This document shows positions 47,835 to 57,027 of a stretch of DNA of 64,000 nt, one piece after another. The position numbers and the translations under genes were made by a program. A model generated the notes under the pieces. The model worked only from the letters and a program-made list of their open reading frames with translations, searched no databases and was not told the origin of the DNA. Source of the stretch: Eubacteriales bacterium (GTDB lineage: Bacteria; Bacillota; Clostridia; Oscillospirales; JAAYXM01). The stretch covers positions 46,371 through 110,370 of the forward strand of contig JAZNNQ010000054.1 of the NCBI GenBank assembly GCA_045580305.1. Direction: 5' to 3'. Each line of letters opens with the position of its first letter. Positions within the stretch are counted from its first letter, which is position 1.

Positions 47835-48815
47835 ATGGCATTCGATAAGGAAATACTAAGAGAGATACATAGCCGCCTCGCCGCTCGCAGACAGGCAAAC
47901 GAAAACCTGGCGTCGGCGCGTGCAGAGCAGATATATGAGCAAATTCCCCGTATTCGCGATATAGATGTGGAGCTTCGACTTACTCCGGTTGAAATTGTAC
48001 GCGCCGCATTTTCAAGAAGAGAAAATCCCGAAACCGAGCTTCAGAAGGTGCGGAATAAAAACTTAAAGCTTCAGGCAGAGAGAAAAGAATGTCTTACAGC
48101 AAATGGATTTCCCGCTGATTACTTAGAGGTGCAGTATAATTGCAAAAAATGTGAGGACAAGGGATACATAAACCCGGGTGAGCCTTGCGAGTGCTTGCTT
48201 GAGGAGTACAGACAGGAGCAGGTAAAGAAGCTTCGCACATCCTTTGGATTTGAGGTCAGACCCTTTGAGTCATTTAAGCTTGAGTACTATTCAAAGGAGC
48301 GGAACGGAAACCCCATTTCCCCCTATGAGAATGTGCAGGTGAATTACAATATCTGCAAAAAATACGCCGAAAAGTTTGATGAAAACAGCGGAAATATCTT
48401 TATTACCGGCGGCACCGGACTGGGCAAGACACATCTTGCCTCCTGCATCGCACTTGAGGTTGCGGCTAAAGGTTTTTCCGTGGTATACGGAACATCATTC
48501 GAAATTTTAGGCGCGTTTGAGGATAAAAAATTCAACCGCGAGGTGCTTGGTGACAAGACCGAGGATTATAAAAAGGCAGATCTCTTGATAATCGATGATC
48601 TGGGCGCCGAAATGATTACCCAGTTCAGTACGGCGGCGCTCTATAACCTTATGGCAACCCGCGAGGCGGCCGGTAAGAGCACGATAGTTATTACGACACT
48701 TACTTTAAATGAGATCGCAAGCAAATACACTCCGCAAATTGCGTCCCGTCTTGACGGTAATTATGTTACCGTATCCTTGTTTGGTGAGGATATTCGCAAA
48801 AAGGTCGGGAAATAA
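47835..48815 (+). CDS. DnaI/DnaC-like helicase loader ATPase
   Basis: AAA+ Walker A GGTGLGKTHLASCIA and Walker B LLIIDDLG, with an N-terminal Cys-rich zinc module (CKKCEDKGY...CEC). Confidence 0.85.
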   Translation: MAFDKEILREIHSRLAARRQANENLASARAEQIYEQIPRIRDIDVELRLTPVEIVRAAFSRRENPETELQKVRNKNLKLQAERKECLTANGFPADYLEVQYNCKKCEDKGYINPGEPCECLLEEYRQEQVKKLRTSFGFEVRPFESFKLEYYSKERNGNPISPYENVQVNYNICKKYAEKFDENSGNIFITGGTGLGKTHLASCIALEVAAKGFSVVYGTSFEILGAFEDKKFNREVLGDKTEDYKKADLLIIDDLGAEMITQFSTAALYNLMATREAAGKSTIVITTLTLNEIASKYTPQIASRLDGNYVTVSLFGEDIRKKVGK

Positions 48816-48843
48816 TATTAAAAAACAATCGGGAGTAAGAGCT

Positions 48844-50082
48844 ATGGTTAAAATTAAGCCCTTTGCGGTGATTATTACGATACTTGCGCTGCTGCCCTGC
48901 ATAGCATTTGCCGCACCGCCGGAAATAACCGCGGAAACCGCAATAATGATGGATGCGGAGACCGGACAGGTGCTCTACGACAAGGATATGCACAAGCAGA
49001 TGTTCCCCGCGAGTATTACAAAGATAATGACCACGATTTTAGCGGTTGAAAAACTTGATATTGAGGATAAGATAATAATGTCCGAGGAAGCGGTGGATGC
49101 GGTTTCGCGCAATGCATCACACATAGCACTTACCTCGGGTGAGGAAATAACGGTTAAAGAAGCGATCTATGCCGCGCTTTTAGCGTCTGCAAACGACGCT
49201 TGCAACGGAATTGCCGAAAAAGTTTCCGGCACTATGGAGGATTTTGCTCTCCTTATGACCGAAAAGGCCAAGGAAGTCGGCTGTCTTGGCACGAATTTCA
49301 CTAATTCCAACGGTCTTAAAGACGAAAATCACTATACAACCGCCTATGATATGGCTAAAATGACCGCTTACGGTTTGAAAAACGCCACCTGGCGCGAAAT
49401 GTTTGGCTGTCGCAGGTACGAAATGCCGCCCACCAACAAGCAGAATGAGATCCGCTACCTCAACAATCAGCATAAGATGATCTTTGAGAAAAAGGATTAT
49501 TACGAGGGTATTGTAGGCGGTAAGACCGGATACACAACCGTGGCTAAGAACACGCTTGTTACCGCGGCCCGCCGCGATGATATGGAGCTTATTGTTGTGG
49601 TTATGAAATGCCCCCAGGGCGATGATACCTATTCGGACACGAAGGCGCTTTTGGATTACGGCTTTGAAAATTACAAAAAATTAGCGATCACACCTTCGGA
49701 CATCCCTCAAAAGGCAAGCAACGGCGCAACCGTCGGCCTTGAGAGTACGGTTTCGGTGCTCGTGCCGACGGATACCACGGATGTAAAAAAGGAAGTAATA
49801 CTGGAAAACAAGAAGGCATACCTGGTTGTAGAGGATACAGCGGGTAGCGAGCTTGGGAAATTCCCCCTCACCATAACCTCGCAGGCAACGGTACAAGAGG
49901 AAGAGAATGTTGAAGATGGGGAAGAAAGCAGCAAAATTGGCTTTTTCGGTGTAATACTTATAGTCATCGGCTGTGTTGTGGGAGTATTCATCCTTTTTGT
50001 TGTAGTTTTGTATATAAGAAAAGAAATTCACTTGCATCGTCGCCGCCGTGCACGGAGAGAACAGAGGAGAAAAAGACAATGA
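48844..50082 (+). CDS. D-alanyl-D-alanine carboxypeptidase (S11, DacB/DacF-like) with a C-terminal membrane anchor
   Basis: Motifs SITK, SNG and KTG (GKTGYT), with a C-terminal TM helix. I chose the ATG at 48844, with GGGAG upstream; the ORF-track start at 48709 overlaps the previous gene. Confidence 0.85.
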   Translation: MVKIKPFAVIITILALLPCIAFAAPPEITAETAIMMDAETGQVLYDKDMHKQMFPASITKIMTTILAVEKLDIEDKIIMSEEAVDAVSRNASHIALTSGEEITVKEAIYAALLASANDACNGIAEKVSGTMEDFALLMTEKAKEVGCLGTNFTNSNGLKDENHYTTAYDMAKMTAYGLKNATWREMFGCRRYEMPPTNKQNEIRYLNNQHKMIFEKKDYYEGIVGGKTGYTTVAKNTLVTAARRDDMELIVVVMKCPQGDDTYSDTKALLDYGFENYKKLAITPSDIPQKASNGATVGLESTVSVLVPTDTTDVKKEVILENKKAYLVVEDTAGSELGKFPLTITSQATVQEEENVEDGEESSKIGFFGVILIVIGCVVGVFILFVVVLYIRKEIHLHRRRRARREQRRKRQ

Positions 50083-51068
50083 AAAAGACATTCAGAATTA
50101 CAGCGCTTATACTTTCGCTTGTTTTACTTGCAGCCTGCGCTCCTGCGGCTGAGATAAAGGTGGATGACGAGGGCGACTATGTACTGACCTCCGCAATGGG
50201 CGAGGAAACACAAGCAGAGATAAAGGTAATTACAGACGCATTTTCCGCCGCGCTCAGTGAAAAATCGGGCGCGAAGATTATGGAATACTTAGATGCGAAT
50301 TTTGCCGTTCAGGAGGAAGAGCTTACCGCTTTTTTCCGGGATGCCGCCGCAAGAGATAAAAAACCCTACGAGATTTTCGACACCTACTATGTAAACGGCA
50401 TTAAGGACAGCGATGTTTCCATCCGCATCAAAAAGAGCCAGAGTGATACCGATTACGCGATGCTCACCCCGGGCAGCAGTGAGATATGTGCGACCCTGTT
50501 CCTGTCTAAAAACGAGGATATGTCACAGATTATAACGCTCCTCACCGCGCGTGTTGACGGTGATATGAAGATCGTGTGGATCGACACCTCGGATTATGAT
50601 TATTACGGAAAGACCGCGCCGGAATATTACGAGCTTTCCAAAAAGGCGAAAGAGGACGGAGACGAGTATCTGGCCTATGTCTACGCGCAGATGATGCTTA
50701 ACATCTGTCAGCCGGGTAATGTTTTATACTATGAGAAAACAACCGAGATGACCGATTATGCAAATGAGATAAGCGCATGGGGTCAGGAAAAATATCCGAT
50801 AGAGCTGGATGATACCCATAAGGTGCACCTTATAGGACTCGCACTTGAGGATGTGGGCGTTGTGCCCATGGTATTTTACCAGACCGAGGTAGACATCAAG
50901 AGCGCGGAATTTAAAGAGGACGCTATGAGCGTTTTTGAAAAATTCTTAAAGAAGTACCCATACTTTAGGGATGCATTTAAAAAGATAACAATCCGCGGTA
51001 CAAATGTAGACCCCGAGACCGCAACCGAGCAGTACGACTATGAAAGCGTAGTTTTTGATATGAAATAG
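50079..51068 (+). CDS. Hypothetical lipoprotein
   Basis: 329 aa with a signal peptide and the lipobox LLAAC. It overlaps the upstream gene by 4 nt (ATGA). I recognise no family. Confidence 0.6.
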   Translation: MKKTFRITALILSLVLLAACAPAAEIKVDDEGDYVLTSAMGEETQAEIKVITDAFSAALSEKSGAKIMEYLDANFAVQEEELTAFFRDAAARDKKPYEIFDTYYVNGIKDSDVSIRIKKSQSDTDYAMLTPGSSEICATLFLSKNEDMSQIITLLTARVDGDMKIVWIDTSDYDYYGKTAPEYYELSKKAKEDGDEYLAYVYAQMMLNICQPGNVLYYEKTTEMTDYANEISAWGQEKYPIELDDTHKVHLIGLALEDVGVVPMVFYQTEVDIKSAEFKEDAMSVFEKFLKKYPYFRDAFKKITIRGTNVDPETATEQYDYESVVFDMK

Positions 51069-51101
51069 AAAAGAGAGGCATCAGCCTCTCTTTTCTATTT
51101 C
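51062..51101. terminator. Long hairpin shared by two convergent genes
   Basis: 18-bp perfect arms GAAATAGAAAAGAGAGGC/GCCTCTCTTTTCTATTTC with a 4-nt loop. The arms span both stop codons (51066-51068 and 51081-51083). Confidence 0.7.
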
Positions 51102-52364
51102 ATAAAGCGCGTTGAGAACCAGCCAGTTTTGCGGAAAATCCCGCATCGCGTTCCAATAGCCTACGCCGCGAAGGCCGTATTCGGGTACCAAGGCAAGCTT
51201 TGCCTGAATTGAGCGGGCGTCTTCAAACCATACTTCGTGCTGGCGGCCCGCTTCATCTATATAGTTAAAAAATGGGGACTTAGCATAGTCGTCGTAGATT
51301 ATTTCAGCGCCGTATCGCGCGGCGATGCTCAGCGCCTGCTGGCTGGAGATTGAGATTGCACGAGAGGTGCCCTGCACGAAGGGTAGTGTCCAATCGTAGC
51401 CGTAATTTGGGATACCTAAAAATATTTTTTCCGCGGGGATTTCGGTAAGGGCGTAGTCAATAACCGCCCGCACATTGGGAAGTGGCGCCACCGCAAGGGG
51501 CGGGCCATAGGTATAGCCCCACTCATAGGTCATAAGTAAAACACCGTTTGCGGGGACACCTATGGCGTCGTAATCGTGGCCCTCATATAAAAGGCCTCGC
51601 TGGGTGGCGGAGGTCTTGGGCGCAAGCGCCACAATCACTTCATAGCCGAAGGGATTAAGACGGCGGGTGGCATTTTCGATAAAAGCGGCGTAGAGTGGTG
51701 CTTCCTCGGGAAAAACAAACTCGAAATCTATATCCAGTCCATAGTATCCCTTTTCCCGCATGGTATTCAGCACATTGTCGATAAGAACATTTTGCAGTGC
51801 GGGGTTGGTCAAAACTGCGCTTGCAAGCTCATTGCTGAAATTTCCCTGCGCCGTAAGGGTGGAAAGGTGCATAAGAGGCTGTGTTTCGTATTCCCTTGAG
51901 ATGGCAATAAGATTGCGGTCGCTTAGATCGACCAGCGTACCGCTTTCGGTAAAGCCGTAGGTAAAAGGTGTAAGATAGGTGAGATATGGCAGTGTCTGCC
52001 GTAAAAGTGACCGATTGATGCCCGGGTAGGCATAGGCATTCACCTCCATTGAGCCGATCTTCTCACCTTGATAGGAAATGACGATCGTCTCGCCTGGGTA
52101 GATGGTCTGCCGTCCCATAAGTCGGATATTATTCTGAAAAAGCGTGGTAAGCGATACTCCGTAAAGCTCGGCAATACCGAGTAGGGTCTCGCCCGGGCGC
52201 ACTGTATGTATCTGCTCGGGGAAAAGAATTACAAGCACCTGCCCAACCACAAGCGGCTGATTTGGTGGCAGCTGGTTATTATTTATAATACTCTCCTCGG
52301 TGACACCATATCGCTCCGCAACGGAAAACACGGTATCCCCACTGGCGACAACATAAAGTTCCAT
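51081..52364 (-). CDS. Spore cortex glycoside hydrolase family 18 protein with two LysM domains (YaaH/SleL-like)
   Basis: Two N-terminal LysM repeats are followed by a GH18 domain with the catalytic motif GLDIDFE. Confidence 0.85.
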   Translation of the reverse strand: MELYVVASGDTVFSVAERYGVTEESIINNNQLPPNQPLVVGQVLVILFPEQIHTVRPGETLLGIAELYGVSLTTLFQNNIRLMGRQTIYPGETIVISYQGEKIGSMEVNAYAYPGINRSLLRQTLPYLTYLTPFTYGFTESGTLVDLSDRNLIAISREYETQPLMHLSTLTAQGNFSNELASAVLTNPALQNVLIDNVLNTMREKGYYGLDIDFEFVFPEEAPLYAAFIENATRRLNPFGYEVIVALAPKTSATQRGLLYEGHDYDAIGVPANGVLLMTYEWGYTYGPPLAVAPLPNVRAVIDYALTEIPAEKIFLGIPNYGYDWTLPFVQGTSRAISISSQQALSIAARYGAEIIYDDYAKSPFFNYIDEAGRQHEVWFEDARSIQAKLALVPEYGLRGVGYWNAMRDFPQNWLVLNALYEIEKRG

Positions 52365-52410
52365 ATAAAAATCCCTCCTTACTCATAATAAGTAAAGAGG
52401 GAATTTTTTG

Positions 52411-52971
52411 TTACTTAAGAGCGTCGTTATAATGTGCACGCTCGCCGCCGATGAATTTCGGACGGGTGCGGGCACAGATAATGGGTGCCTCACCGATCTT
52501 CTTTATACTGAGTCGAACGGGCACCGCAACTTTCTGCAAATGCATACCGATAAGCGTGCCGCCGATATCCATTCCCGCCTGAGCGCGGACATCCTCAATA
52601 GCCACCGGATCTTCAAAGGTTTTATAAGCGGTGGTTGCAAAGGAGCCGCCCGCCTTGGGCTGGGGTACAACATTAACAATATCGCGCATCTGGGCCGTGG
52701 CAACATCCCGCTCAACAATAATGGCACGGTTTAAATGCTCACAGCACTGAGCCGCAAGATAGATGCCGCGCGATTTAAGCTCCGGATAAATCGCGTTAAA
52801 AATTGCCTCTGCAGTGGGAAGGCTTGAGTTAGAGCCGATTTTATCACCGCAAACCTCGCTCGAGCTGCAGCCGACGACAAGAACATCGCCAGCCTTAAGG
52901 CCTGCAACCTCTATTAATTCACAAACGGCGGTTTTCGCCTGATTTACAATAGCTTCATACATTGTAATCAC
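52411..52971 (-). CDS. TIGR01440/DUF436 family protein
   Basis: 186 aa with the typical motif VLVVGCSSSEVCGDKIG. Confidence 0.7.
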   Translation of the reverse strand: MITMYEAIVNQAKTAVCELIEVAGLKAGDVLVVGCSSSEVCGDKIGSNSSLPTAEAIFNAIYPELKSRGIYLAAQCCEHLNRAIIVERDVATAQMRDIVNVVPQPKAGGSFATTAYKTFEDPVAIEDVRAQAGMDIGGTLIGMHLQKVAVPVRLSIKKIGEAPIICARTRPKFIGGERAHYNDALK

Positions 52972-53063
52972 TCCTTACAATTTAATGATAACATTATATT
53001 TTAAAATAATCAAGGACAAGAGCGGTACATACAAGTCAAAAGTTTTAAATATAATTTAGCGGG

Positions 53064-53894
53064 GTGAGAAAAATGATTATACATTTAAAAAAGCGGGGCA
53101 TTGTCGCCGTTATACTGTGTGTTACACTTCTTATTTCCGCACCGTTTCTGACACCTGAGGAGACTCAAACCGCTTCCGCCGCAATAAGCGACTGGGGTTT
53201 GAGCTTTTCAAAGCAGGGCGAGCCACCCAGAGGAAACGCTGATGCTGAGTATTTGGCAGAATACGACGCGTATTTTTTAGATGCAACTCCCGATAACAAA
53301 ATTTACCTTACCTTCGATGCGGGTTTTGAAAACGGGTGCACACCCAAAATACTCGATGTGCTGAAAAAGCACAATGCACCCGCAACCTTTTTCCTTGTGG
53401 GAAATTATATCGACACCGCCCCCGCCCTTGTAGAGCGGATGGTAAGCGAGGGGCACATTGTTGCAAACCACACTATGTCCCATCCGGATATGTCCCGTAT
53501 TGCGGACAAAGAGTCATTTGAAAAGGAACTTTTAGGACTGGAGGAAAAATACAAGGCACTTTGCGGAAAGGATATGCTTAAAATATACCGCCCGCCTCAA
53601 GGCAAGTTCAGCGAAGAAAATCTAAAAATGGCAAAGGATTTGGGCTATAAAACCGTGTTCTGGAGCCTTGCCTATGTGGATTGGTACACCGACAACCAGC
53701 CGAGCCGCGAGGAAGCACTGGGGAAGCTCGTTCCCCGCATACATCCCGGTGCTATCGTACTGTTACACAGCACATCAAGTACAAACGCCGAGATTTTGGA
53801 TGAACTTCTCACAAAATGGGAAAAAGCGGGCTATAAAATAGCACCGCTCAGTGATCTTCTTTATTCCCAGCCTGCCCAGACATCGGGACAGTAA
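53064..53894 (+). CDS. pdaA: Polysaccharide deacetylase, PdaA-like (delta-lactam biosynthetic de-N-acetylase)
   Basis: NodB motifs (LTFDAGFENG, ATFFLVGNY, ANHTMSHPDM). The start could be GTG at 53064 or ATG at 53073. Confidence 0.8.
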   Translation: MRKMIIHLKKRGIVAVILCVTLLISAPFLTPEETQTASAAISDWGLSFSKQGEPPRGNADAEYLAEYDAYFLDATPDNKIYLTFDAGFENGCTPKILDVLKKHNAPATFFLVGNYIDTAPALVERMVSEGHIVANHTMSHPDMSRIADKESFEKELLGLEEKYKALCGKDMLKIYRPPQGKFSEENLKMAKDLGYKTVFWSLAYVDWYTDNQPSREEALGKLVPRIHPGAIVLLHSTSSTNAEILDELLTKWEKAGYKIAPLSDLLYSQPAQTSGQ

Positions 53895-54199
53895 CCCACG
53901 GTAACCTGCTTGCCGTTTCTGACAAAGGGCGCATTGTATAGCGCGGGATTTTCGAAAAGCTTGTCAATGACAGCGGCCTCATCCGCAAGATAGGCAATAA
54001 AGGATTTCTCGTATTCCTTGGAGTTTTTATTAATCATAGCGTCAAGACCCACCGCCGCCTTCACGGTCTCAAACTCTCTGGGTGATAAGCCGTAGCGGGC
54101 AAGGTCAACATATTGATATTTAATTCTGCGCTCCTTGAAATAACGCTCGGCCTTTTTGGTGTCGAAGCTCTTTGACATACCGTATATCTGAATATTCAT
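53861..54199 (-). CDS. ArsC/Spx/YffB-family thioredoxin-fold protein lacking the N-terminal cysteine
   Basis: 112 aa with the family-typical start MNIQIYGMSKSFDTKKAERYF, but Ser/Phe where the redox Cys is normally found. Its 3' end overlaps the pdaA 3' end by 34 bp. Confidence 0.65.
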   Translation of the reverse strand: MNIQIYGMSKSFDTKKAERYFKERRIKYQYVDLARYGLSPREFETVKAAVGLDAMINKNSKEYEKSFIAYLADEAAVIDKLFENPALYNAPFVRNGKQVTVGYCPDVWAGWE

Positions 54200-54222
54200 A
54201 GCACACCACCTGAAAAATTTTA

Positions 54223-54263
54223 TTTAAGTATAGCATATTTAAAAGGAATATGCTATACTTAAA
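54223..54263. repeat. 17-bp-arm inverted repeat in the arsC-like/hyd intergenic region
   Basis: TTTAAGTATAGCATATT (54223-54239) and AATATGCTATACTTAAA (54247-54263) are separated by a 7-nt spacer. Confidence 0.8.
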
Positions 54264-54339
54264 CTGTTCCCGATTTTTAAGATGTTTTTTCTGCGAAAGA
54301 GGGGCGGAAAAATTGCAATGGTATAGCTGCGCTTATTTT

Positions 54340-54372
54340 CGCCCTGTATTTATACAGGGCGTTTGTTTTTTT
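54340..54372 (+). terminator. Intrinsic terminator immediately upstream of the hyd operon RBS (attenuator candidate)
   Basis: 9-bp stem CGCCCTGTA/TACAGGGCG with a TTTA loop, followed by TTTGTTTTTTT. The GGAGG RBS starts at 54373. A competing upstream pairing GGGCG(G)AAAA (54302-54311) with TTTTCGCCC (54336-54344) is possible. Confidence 0.65.
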
Positions 54373-54382
54373 GGAGGTTAAT

Positions 54383-54643
54383 ATGGCTACAAGAATTGCA
54401 CTTATCGGTATTATAGTTGAAAACCCGGAGGTTACCGAAAAATTAAACGCGCTTTTGCACGAATACGCGCCCTACATCGTTGGCAGAATGGGCGTGCCTT
54501 ACCGTGAGAGAAATGTTGCTATTATCAGCATTATAATGGATGCTGAAAATAATGTTATAAGTGCGCTTTCCGGTAAATTGGGACAGCTTCACGGCGTTCA
54601 GGTAAAGACCATGTATGCAAAAGCAGGTGATGCGATTGAATAG
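54383..54643 (+). CDS. TM1266-like small ACT-fold protein (putative iron-only hydrogenase system regulator)
   Basis: 86 aa starting MATRIALIGIIVENPEVTEKLNALLHEY. It lies directly upstream of hydE-hydG-hydF, as this family usually does. Confidence 0.7.
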   Translation: MATRIALIGIIVENPEVTEKLNALLHEYAPYIVGRMGVPYRERNVAIISIIMDAENNVISALSGKLGQLHGVQVKTMYAKAGDAIE

Positions 54644-55589
54644 AGAAAAACTTATTTTTGCGCTGAATGCAGAGGATTTCACACCGTATTTTAAAGAAGC
54701 GGATGAAAAACGGCGCAATGCGGTGGGTGATACCGTACATTTGCGCGCGATAATTGAATTTTCCAATCATTGTTTCAGAAATTGTGCCTATTGCGGCTTA
54801 AATTGCAGTAATAAGAGTCTCAAACGCTACCGTATGACCGCGGAGGAGATCATTAATTGCGGTAAGGCGGCGTGCTCTGCGGGCTATAAGACCATTGTTT
54901 TGCAGTCCGGCGAGGATAAATTTTATACAAAGGAGCTAATCGGCCAGATTGTTAAGGAATTAAGCGACCTTGGGGTAACAATAACCTTAAGTTGCGGAGA
55001 GAGAAGCACAGAGGAGTACGCCTATTGGAGAGCGTGCGGCGCGAAACGATACCTGTTAAAGCACGAAACCGCAGATGAAAAGCTCTACGCCGAGCTTCAT
55101 CCGGGATATACGCTTAAGGACAGAATTTCCTGCCTTAAGGAAATTAAAAAATGCGGCTACGAGACCGGAAGCGGCTTTATGATAGGACTTCCCGGTGAGA
55201 GTGCTGAGAGTATTGCGGATAATATCCTGCTGCTTGATAAATTAAACTGCGATATGGCGGGGATAGGACCCTTTATTCCACATCCTAAAACCTTGATGAA
55301 AAATTGCAACCCCGGCTCGGTTGAGGTAACCCAAAAGGCGGTATCTCTTACCAGAATTTTGAGACCACATATGAACCTGCCCGCAACTACCGCACTTGGT
55401 GTGCGCGACAAGGCGGCATATAGTGAGGCCTTCGCACGGGGTGCAAATGTTTTAATGAAGAAGGTAACGCCTGAAAAATACAGAAAGCTTTATGAAATTT
55501 ACCCTGCAGAGCTTAAGGCGCGCGATATTAAAGAGGAGCGGCAGGAGCTTTGCGATTTTATAAGAAGTATGGGAAGAATTCCCGAATAG
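54615..55589 (+). CDS. hydE: [FeFe]-hydrogenase maturase HydE (radical SAM)
   Basis: CX3CX2C motif CFRNCAYCG, with biotin-synthase-like length. The start could be 54615 or 54630; both overlap the upstream gene. Confidence 0.85.
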   Translation: MQKQVMRLNREKLIFALNAEDFTPYFKEADEKRRNAVGDTVHLRAIIEFSNHCFRNCAYCGLNCSNKSLKRYRMTAEEIINCGKAACSAGYKTIVLQSGEDKFYTKELIGQIVKELSDLGVTITLSCGERSTEEYAYWRACGAKRYLLKHETADEKLYAELHPGYTLKDRISCLKEIKKCGYETGSGFMIGLPGESAESIADNILLLDKLNCDMAGIGPFIPHPKTLMKNCNPGSVEVTQKAVSLTRILRPHMNLPATTALGVRDKAAYSEAFARGANVLMKKVTPEKYRKLYEIYPAELKARDIKEERQELCDFIRSMGRIPE

Positions 55590-55600
55590 GAGGATAAAAA

Positions 55601-57013
55601 GTGTATAACAGCAAGTCAAAAAACGCGGTGGAGTTTATTTGCCACGAGGAAATATTAAAAACTATTGATATTGCAGGGGAAAAAGCAAAAAATCCTGCGG
55701 AAATTAAAAAAATACTCGAAAAAGCGGCGGAAAGCAAGGGTATTTCCTATGAGGAGGCGGCTACTCTTCTCATGTGCGAGGATGAGGAAATGCTTTCCGA
55801 GATGTACACCATTGCGATGGATATTAAAAAGAAAATATACGGCAACCGAATTGTAATGTTCGCGCCTCTTTATTTATCAAATTATTGTGTAAACGGTTGC
55901 AGATACTGCCCCTATCACTACGGCAACTGCCAGATTGCCCGAAAAAAGCTTACTCAGGAGGAGATACGCCGTGAGGTAATCGCACTTCAGGATATGGGAC
56001 ACAAGCGTCTTGCTCTTGAGACCGGTGAGGACCCGGTGAACTCCCCAATTGAATATGTGCTGGAGAGTATCAAGACCATTTACGGTATACATCATAAAAA
56101 CGGTGCCATCCGCCGTGTAAATGTAAATATCGCGGCTACCACCGTTGAGAATTACAGAAAATTAAAGGAAGCGGGCATTGGAACATACATTCTGTTCCAG
56201 GAGACCTACGACAAGGCGCGCTATGAATACCTGCATCCCACCGGCCCCAAGCACAACTACGCATATCATACCGAGGCTATGGACAGAGCTATGGAGGGCG
56301 GAATTGACGATGTGGGCATCGGCGTTCTTTTCGGTCTTTCCGACTATCGTTATGACTTTATCGGTCTTTTAATGCACGCCAAGCACCTTGAGGACACCTT
56401 CGGTGTTGGCCCGCACACAATAAGCGTGCCTCGAATTCGTCCCGCGGCGGATGTTGACTTAAATGAGTATCCCAACGCCATTGATGACAAGCTTTTCAGA
56501 AAAATCGTTGCAATTTTAAGAATTGCGGTGCCATATACCGGCCTTATTATTTCCACCCGTGAATCCGAGGAAAGCCGTGCCGATGTGCTTAAGGTGGGTG
56601 TGTCCCAGATAAGCGGCGGATCCTCCACAAGTGTCGGCGGTTATGTTGAAAAGGAAAAGGAAAACTCCTCACAGTTTGAGGTCAATGACACCAGAACACT
56701 GGACGAAATCGTAGGATGGCTTGCAAAACTCGGCTATATGCCTTCCTTCTGCACCGCCTGCTACCGCGAGGGAAGAACCGGAGATCGCTTTATGCAGCTT
56801 GCAAAGAGCGGTCAGATCGGAAATGTGTGCCAGGCAAACGCGATTATGACCCTTAAGGAATACTTAGAGGACTATGCAAGCGAGGACACAAAGAAGGTTG
56901 CCCAGGAGATGCTTGAAAAAGAGGCGGAAAGCATACCCAATGATAAGGTTCGCGCCCTTGTTTTCGAGCATTTAAAGGATTTATCACGGGGCAAGCGTGA
57001 TTTCAGATTCTAA
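55601..57013 (+). CDS. hydG: [FeFe]-hydrogenase maturase HydG (radical SAM tyrosine lyase)
   Basis: 470 aa with a GTG start after AGGAGG, the N-terminal CVNGCRYCPY cluster and a C-terminal Cys motif (CTACYREGRTG). Confidence 0.9.
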   Translation: MYNSKSKNAVEFICHEEILKTIDIAGEKAKNPAEIKKILEKAAESKGISYEEAATLLMCEDEEMLSEMYTIAMDIKKKIYGNRIVMFAPLYLSNYCVNGCRYCPYHYGNCQIARKKLTQEEIRREVIALQDMGHKRLALETGEDPVNSPIEYVLESIKTIYGIHHKNGAIRRVNVNIAATTVENYRKLKEAGIGTYILFQETYDKARYEYLHPTGPKHNYAYHTEAMDRAMEGGIDDVGIGVLFGLSDYRYDFIGLLMHAKHLEDTFGVGPHTISVPRIRPAADVDLNEYPNAIDDKLFRKIVAILRIAVPYTGLIISTRESEESRADVLKVGVSQISGGSSTSVGGYVEKEKENSSQFEVNDTRTLDEIVGWLAKLGYMPSFCTACYREGRTGDRFMQLAKSGQIGNVCQANAIMTLKEYLEDYASEDTKKVAQEMLEKEAESIPNDKVRALVFEHLKDLSRGKRDFRF

Positions 57014-57027
57014 AAGGGGGGAGCATT

